Source: an uncultured Collinsella sp. (GTDB lineage: Bacteria > Actinomycetota > Coriobacteriia > Coriobacteriales > Coriobacteriaceae). Taken from it: a DNA stretch of 64,000 bases. Positions 58,763 through 64,000 of this stretch are shown here, piece by piece (positions within the stretch are counted from its first letter, which is position 1; the number at the start of each line of letters is the position of its first letter). The stretch spans positions 121 to 64,120 of the forward strand of contig CAUDZT010000002.1 in assembly GCA_958453935.1 (NCBI GenBank), written 5' to 3'. Both the position numbers and the translations under genes were made by a program. The notes under the pieces are model-generated. The model worked only from the letters and a program-made list of their open reading frames with translations. It made no database searches and was not told where the DNA came from.

Positions 58763-59788
58763 CTACTCGCAGAGCAGCTTAGCGATCTGGACGGCGTTGG
58801 TTGCCGCGCCCTTACGGATTTGGTCGCCGCAGCACCAGAAGGTGATGCCACGTGCGGCCTCGGGGTTCGAGATGTCGCGGCGTACGCGACCGACCCAAAT
58901 CAGGTCCTGGTCGGAGGTGTCCATCGGCATGGGGAAGCGATCGTGCGCATCCTCGGCACTCATGTCGTCAACCAGCTTGACGCCCGGAGCGGCAGCCAGC
59001 GCAGCACGGGCCTCTTCCACCGTGATGTCGCGCTCAAACTCGAGCGTAATGCTCTCGGAGTGCGAGCGCAGCACGGGCACGCGCACGCAGGTGCAGTTCA
59101 CGCGCAGCTCGGGCAGGTGCATGATCTTGCGGCCCTCGTTTTGCAGCTTCATCTCCTCGGAGGTAAAGCCCTCTTCCTTGACGCCGCCAATCTGCGGAAT
59201 CAGGTTGCTCGCCAGCTGGGCGGCAAACGCGCGCGGCTCGGGAATCTCTTCGCCACGGCCCAGGGCGGCCAGCTGGGCCTCAAGCTCGGCCATGCCGGGG
59301 GCACCAGCGCCCGAAGCCGCCTGGTACGTCGAGACGATCATGCGCTTCACGCCAGCGAGCTGATGCAGCGGCCACGTGGGAACCAGGCCGATAATGGTCG
59401 CGCAGTTGGGATTGGCGATAAGACCGTGATGCCACTTGATGTCGTCGGCATTAATCTCGGGCACGACCAGCGGTACCTCGGGATCCATACGGAAGGCATG
59501 GCTGTTGTCGACCACGACGGCGCCGCGCTTGACGGCCTCGGGCAGCAGCTCCTTGGCGATATCGTCGCCGGCAGCGCCGAGCACGATGTCGCAGCCCTCA
59601 AAAGCCTCGGGGCAAGCCTCCTCAATCACAGCCTGCTCGCCGCGGAACTCGACGGTCTTGCCCGCAGAGCGTGCGCTCGCCAGCAGCTTGAGCTTGCCGA
59701 CCGGGAACTCCTGCTCGTTCAGGCACTCGAGCATCTGGGTGCCCACGGCTCCCGTCGCGCCCAAAATAGCAACCGTGTACTGTTTCAT
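58763..59788 (-). CDS. asd: Aspartate-semialdehyde dehydrogenase
   Basis: GATGAVG, DNS.AFRM, ANPNC, STYQA.SGAG, CVRVPV..HSE, D..RKGAA.N; start ATG 59788. Confidence 0.97.
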   Translation of the reverse strand: MKQYTVAILGATGAVGTQMLECLNEQEFPVGKLKLLASARSAGKTVEFRGEQAVIEEACPEAFEGCDIVLGAAGDDIAKELLPEAVKRGAVVVDNSHAFRMDPEVPLVVPEINADDIKWHHGLIANPNCATIIGLVPTWPLHQLAGVKRMIVSTYQAASGAGAPGMAELEAQLAALGRGEEIPEPRAFAAQLASNLIPQIGGVKEEGFTSEEMKLQNEGRKIMHLPELRVNCTCVRVPVLRSHSESITLEFERDITVEEARAALAAAPGVKLVDDMSAEDAHDRFPMPMDTSDQDLIWVGRVRRDISNPEAARGITFWCCGDQIRKGAATNAVQIAKLLCE

Positions 59789-59960
59789 GCTTCCCCCTTT
59801 AAAGGTTGTGGCTATCGCCCGCACGCCAAGCAGGCCGATTATTGTTGCCAGTGTATACAAGAACGGGGCAGGCACGAAACCCGCCCCGTCGAAACGAAAC
59901 CGAAACGAAACGCCCCGCCGTAGATTTTTTGACATGACCCAAAAATCTACCGAGCAGTCG

Positions 59961-61349
59961 CTACTTTTTGAGCGCGGCCAGAGCGGGATCAACCGGCGCG
60001 GAAGCCTCCAGGTCGGAGACCTTCACAATGCCATTTTCGTCGGAGAAGGCACGGTAAATGGTCCGAATCGCCAGGTCAAAGTCCTTCTCCTCGACACCGA
60101 TAATGATGTTGATCTCGTCGCAGCTCTGCGAAATCATACGCACGCTCACGCCAGCCTGGCCAAGCATGCCAAACAGATGGCCCGAGATACCTGCACGGCC
60201 GCGCAGGTTACGACCGACGGTCGCGATAAGCGCCAGACCCTCAACGACCTCGATCTCGAGCGGCTCGACCTCCTGCTGGATGTCGCCCACGAGTGAGTAC
60301 AGCGAATCGTGCACATCCTGCTCCTGCACCACGGCGCCAAAGCGGTCGACGCCGGTGGGCATATGCTCGACGGAAACGTCATAGCGCTCGAAGACCGAAA
60401 GCGCACGGCGCATAAAGCCAACGCGGGGCTTGGTGCGGTCGCGGGCCACGTTGATGGCGACAAAACCGCGCTTGCCGGTCACGCCGGTAATGATGGGCTC
60501 TGCCTCGCCTTCATCAGCCGTCTCGCTAATGATGGTGCCGGGGTCCTGCGGCGCATTGGTGTTCTTGATGACCAGCGGAATGCCCGCCTCGCGCACGGGG
60601 AACACGGCCTCCTCGTGCAGGACGCTTGCGCCCATGTACGAAAGCTCGCGCAGCTCCTCGTAAGTAACGCGCGCAATGGGCTGAGCCTCGGGAACAATAC
60701 GCGGGTCGGCAGAATAGAAGCCCGAGACGTCGGTCCAGTTCTCGTACAGGTCGGCGCCCAGGCACTTGGCCAGAATCGAGCCCGAGATATCGCCGCCGCC
60801 ACGATCGAGCAGCTTGATCTGGCCCTCACGCGTCGCGCCGTAGAAACCGGGCATAACAAAGCCGCCCTGCTGACCGTACTCCTGCACCAGCTCGGAGGTG
60901 CGATTCATGCTGAGCGTACCGTCGTGATGGAACGCCACAACCGTCGCGGCGTCCAGGAACGGTAGGCCCAGGTACTCAGCCATCAGGCGCGCGGTAAAGT
61001 ACTCGCCGCGGCTTACGAGCTCCTCAGTAGAGTAGCCACCGGAGCGGGCGCGCTCGGCAAAGGCCGCGAACTCCTCACGGATGGGATAGGTGAGCTCCAG
61101 CTCGTCAGCGATATCAAAATAGCGCTGGCCAATGTCCTCGAGCAGCTCCTCACACGACACGTGGTACTTAACGTGCGCATTGACCAGATAGAGCAGGTCG
61201 GTCACCTTGGTGTCGCCCTTAAAACGGCGACCGCAGGCGGAAACCACCACAAAACGGCGAGCCGGGTCGGCATCGACGATGGCCTTGATCTTCTTGAAGT
61301 GTTCGGCGTCGGCGACCGACGAGCCGCCAAACTTGGCAATCTTAATCAT
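59961..61349 (-). CDS. lysC: Aspartate kinase
   Basis: KFGGSS, VVVSA, SRGE, RGG.D, WTDV.G..ADPR, C-terminal ACT domains. Confidence 0.93.
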   Translation of the reverse strand: MIKIAKFGGSSVADAEHFKKIKAIVDADPARRFVVVSACGRRFKGDTKVTDLLYLVNAHVKYHVSCEELLEDIGQRYFDIADELELTYPIREEFAAFAERARSGGYSTEELVSRGEYFTARLMAEYLGLPFLDAATVVAFHHDGTLSMNRTSELVQEYGQQGGFVMPGFYGATREGQIKLLDRGGGDISGSILAKCLGADLYENWTDVSGFYSADPRIVPEAQPIARVTYEELRELSYMGASVLHEEAVFPVREAGIPLVIKNTNAPQDPGTIISETADEGEAEPIITGVTGKRGFVAINVARDRTKPRVGFMRRALSVFERYDVSVEHMPTGVDRFGAVVQEQDVHDSLYSLVGDIQQEVEPLEIEVVEGLALIATVGRNLRGRAGISGHLFGMLGQAGVSVRMISQSCDEINIIIGVEEKDFDLAIRTIYRAFSDENGIVKVSDLEASAPVDPALAALKK

Positions 61350-61453
61350 GGGCTGGAGGTTACCTTTCTAAAAAGCCTCTGCGAACCTATTTTGCGCGCT
61401 CTGATACCATGGTTTCACCGATTGGGACCAAGGCATCCGAGGAGCAGTGTTAT

Positions 61454-62971
61454 ATGGGAACTTATCATAGTACACGAGGACGCACTTTATCGTGCTCAAG
61501 TAAGGTGGCAATCCGTACTGGTATCGCTCCCGACGGGGGTTTGTTTGTCTCGGACGAGCTCGGCACCCAGCAGGTCGATATCAGCTCGCTTGCAGATAAA
61601 TCGTACTTTGAAATCGCTCAAGATGTGTTGGGAATGTTACTGAATGATTACACGACCGAAGAAATTTCGGCGTGTGTCGACGAAGCATACCGCGGCACGT
61701 TCGCGAGCGAAGAGGTTACGCCGCTCGTCAAACTCGATGCCGCACCGGGCGCCGACGCCCCTCAGACCTATGTGATGGAGCTCTTTGGCGGCCCCACGAG
61801 CGCCTTTAAGGACGTCGCCCTGCAGATGCTCCCCCGTCTGATGGCCCGTACCTCTGCCAAGGACGGCGGCGCCGAGCGCATCATGATCGTCACCGCCACG
61901 TCGGGCGACACGGGCAAGGCCGCACTCGCCGGCTTTGCCGACGCCCCGGGCACGGGTATTACCGTCTTTTATCCCGAGGGCAAGGTCAGCCGTGTGCAGA
62001 ATCTGCAGATGTCCACACAGGAGGGCGATAACGTCGCCGTCTGCGGCATCCGCGGCAACTTTGACGACGCCCAGAGTGCCGTCAAGCGCATCTTTGCCGA
62101 TAAAGAGCTTGCCAAGCGCCTGGAGGCCGCCGGCACGGTGCTTTCGAGCGCCAACTCCATCAACGTCGGCCGCCTGGTGCCGCAGGTCGTCTACTACTTT
62201 GCCGCCTATGCACAGCTGCTGCGCGCCGGCGCCATCGAGGCAGGCGACGCCGTTGAGTTCTGCGTACCGACCGGCAACTTTGGCGATATCCTGGCCGGCT
62301 ACTATGCCAAGCGCATGGGTCTGCCCGTCGCCAAGCTCATCGTCGCGAGCGACAAGAACAACGTGCTTGCCGACTTCCTGACCACCGGCGTCTACGACCG
62401 CAACCGTCCGTTCTTCACGACCATCTCGCCGTCGATGGACATCCTCATCAGCTCCAACCTGGAGCGCATGCTGTACTTCCTGTCCGACGGCGACTGCGAG
62501 CTCGTTGCCGGCCTTATGGAGCAGCTTGCCCAGACCGGCCGCTACGAGGTGCCCGCCGAGCTGCTGGCCAAGATTCAGGGCGTCTTTGGCTGCGGCTGGG
62601 CCAGCGAGAACGAGGTTCGCGCCGCCATCAAGAGCTGTTGGGATGCGAACGACTACGTGATCGACCCGCACACCGCCTGCGGCTATCACGTCTTTGAGCA
62701 GGTCGCTCCCGCCGAGGGCGCCAAGGCCCGCGTGCTGCTTTCGACCGCCAGCCCCTACAAGTTCCCGCGCGCCTGCTGCGATGCCCTGGGCCTCGACGTG
62801 CCCGAGGACGATTTTGAGGCTATGCGTGTGCTCGAGCAGGCCACCAACACGGTCGCCCCGACTCAGCTCGCCGAACTCGAATCCAAACCCGTCCGCTTCG
62901 AAGACGTCTGCGACGTCGACGAGATGACCAGCTACGTCGAGTCTGTAGCAAAACGAATGAGCACCAACTAG
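61454..62971 (+). CDS. thrC: Threonine synthase
   Basis: YHSTRG, G.APDGGL, ELF.GPT.AFKD, ATSGDTG, SANSIN.GRL, VPTGNFG, STASPYKF; start ATG 61454 behind GAGGAG. Confidence 0.96.
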   Translation: MGTYHSTRGRTLSCSSKVAIRTGIAPDGGLFVSDELGTQQVDISSLADKSYFEIAQDVLGMLLNDYTTEEISACVDEAYRGTFASEEVTPLVKLDAAPGADAPQTYVMELFGGPTSAFKDVALQMLPRLMARTSAKDGGAERIMIVTATSGDTGKAALAGFADAPGTGITVFYPEGKVSRVQNLQMSTQEGDNVAVCGIRGNFDDAQSAVKRIFADKELAKRLEAAGTVLSSANSINVGRLVPQVVYYFAAYAQLLRAGAIEAGDAVEFCVPTGNFGDILAGYYAKRMGLPVAKLIVASDKNNVLADFLTTGVYDRNRPFFTTISPSMDILISSNLERMLYFLSDGDCELVAGLMEQLAQTGRYEVPAELLAKIQGVFGCGWASENEVRAAIKSCWDANDYVIDPHTACGYHVFEQVAPAEGAKARVLLSTASPYKFPRACCDALGLDVPEDDFEAMRVLEQATNTVAPTQLAELESKPVRFEDVCDVDEMTSYVESVAKRMSTN

Positions 62972-63051
62972 ATCCCTTATTAAGCGCCGGCGAAAGCCGG
63001 CGCACCTTCTTTCATCAGATAACCCTTGGGATGATGACGAACTGACATGCG

Positions 63052-63157
63052 GGTCTGCCTGTTTAGTTCGTCGCGAGTTCCGCACGAGCCGGAAAGCACT
63101 TAATGTGCTTTCCGAGCGAGCCAGGACTGCCCGAGCAGCGAACTAAACAGGCAGACC
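63052..63157. repeat. ~106-bp nested palindrome between thrC and thrB
   Basis: ggtctgcctgtttagttcg / cgaactaaacaggcagacc; inner cggaaagcac-ttaat-gtgctttccg. Confidence 0.75.
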
Positions 63158-63172
63158 GCCCAGGAGATTCCC

Positions 63173-64000
63173 ATGATCCAGATCACCGTCCCAGCAACAA
63201 GCGCCAACTTGGGCATTGGCTACGATACCCTCGGCATGGCCGTCAGCCTCTACTCGCACTTTACCTTTGAGCGCGCCGACAAACTCACCATCACGGGCTG
63301 CCCCGAAGAGTTCCAAAACGAGAATAACCTGGTTTACGTCAGCTTTGTCGATGCACTGGCCGCATGGGGCGAGCCGGCCTTCCCCGTCGCCATCGACATT
63401 CAGACTGACGTTCCCGTCGCCCGCGGCCTGGGCTCCAGCTCCACCTGCGTCGTCGCCGGCATTATGGCCGCCGCCGCACTGACAGGCCACACCGTCGACC
63501 GCGCCGAGCTGGTTCGCATTGCCACCGAAGTCGAGGGCCATCCCGATAACGTCGCCCCCGCCATCCTGGGCGGCGCCGTCTGCTCCTTTACGCCGACCGA
63601 CTCGCTGCCCCAGTGCCTGCGCTACGAGGTGAGCGATCGCTTACGTTTTATTACCGTGATTCCGCCCTACGAGGTACATACGAGCGAGGCGCGCAAAGTC
63701 GTGCCGCAGGAGATTCCGCTCTCCACCGCCGTGTGGCAAATGGGCCGCATCGCCGGCATGACGCGCGGCCTGGAGACCGGCGACCTGGACCTGATTGCCG
63801 CCGCCAATGACGACCGCATCCAGGAGCCCTATCGCCGCCGTCTCATCCCCGACTACAACGCCGTGCGCGACACCTGCCTTAACGGAGGCGCTAAGACCAT
63901 CTGGATCAGCGGCTCGGGTTCGACCCTCATGGCCGTAACCGACGACACCATCGTGGCAAAGTTCCTGCAGGTCAAGCTGCGCGAGCAGTTCCCCAAATGC
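63173..64000 (+). CDS. thrB: Homoserine kinase (3' end beyond window)
   Basis: Not in ORF track; MIQITVPATSANLGIGYDTLGMA, PVARGLGSSS, EGHPDN, ISGSGST; AGGAG RBS. Confidence 0.95.
   Translation, partial: MIQITVPATSANLGIGYDTLGMAVSLYSHFTFERADKLTITGCPEEFQNENNLVYVSFVDALAAWGEPAFPVAIDIQTDVPVARGLGSSSTCVVAGIMAAAALTGHTVDRAELVRIATEVEGHPDNVAPAILGGAVCSFTPTDSLPQCLRYEVSDRLRFITVIPPYEVHTSEARKVVPQEIPLSTAVWQMGRIAGMTRGLETGDLDLIAAANDDRIQEPYRRRLIPDYNAVRDTCLNGGAKTIWISGSGSTLMAVTDDTIVAKFLQVKLREQFPKC

Noticed and set aside
61350..61453. Lysine riboswitch/T-box upstream of aspartokinase or thrC
   Set aside because: Gap is ~104 bp, too short, and no conserved motifs were recognised

Overview
High-GC chromosomal window, most likely from a gut Coriobacteriia actinobacterium (Collinsella-like; inferred from gene content and codon style, not searched). 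It is mostly core metabolism and transport: amaP-asp23 operon, yebC, lgt, coaX, OPT transporter, a 1593-aa dehydratase/activase fusion, amtB-glnK, dxs, a glutamate/glutamine-type ABC importer, map, pfkA, asd/aspartokinase/thrC/thrB. Small lower-GC accessory islets are interspersed. No rRNA, tRNA, transposase or CRISPR array was recognised. The best candidate novel system is at 34.7-38.3 kb: a 42-aa six-cysteine peptide gene absent from the ORF track (37075..37203, minus strand). It has its own promoter, RBS and terminator, is followed by a three-gene ABC transporter, and is preceded by a DUF2975-like/HTH regulatory pair that shares a palindromic operator with it, with no maturase beside it. 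The intergenic DNA also carries several palindromic repeat families: a ~55-bp REP-like element (7 copies, often fused to TAA stop codons), a 40-bp-periodic alternating inverted-repeat array at 29.8-30.0 kb, and long nested hairpins.
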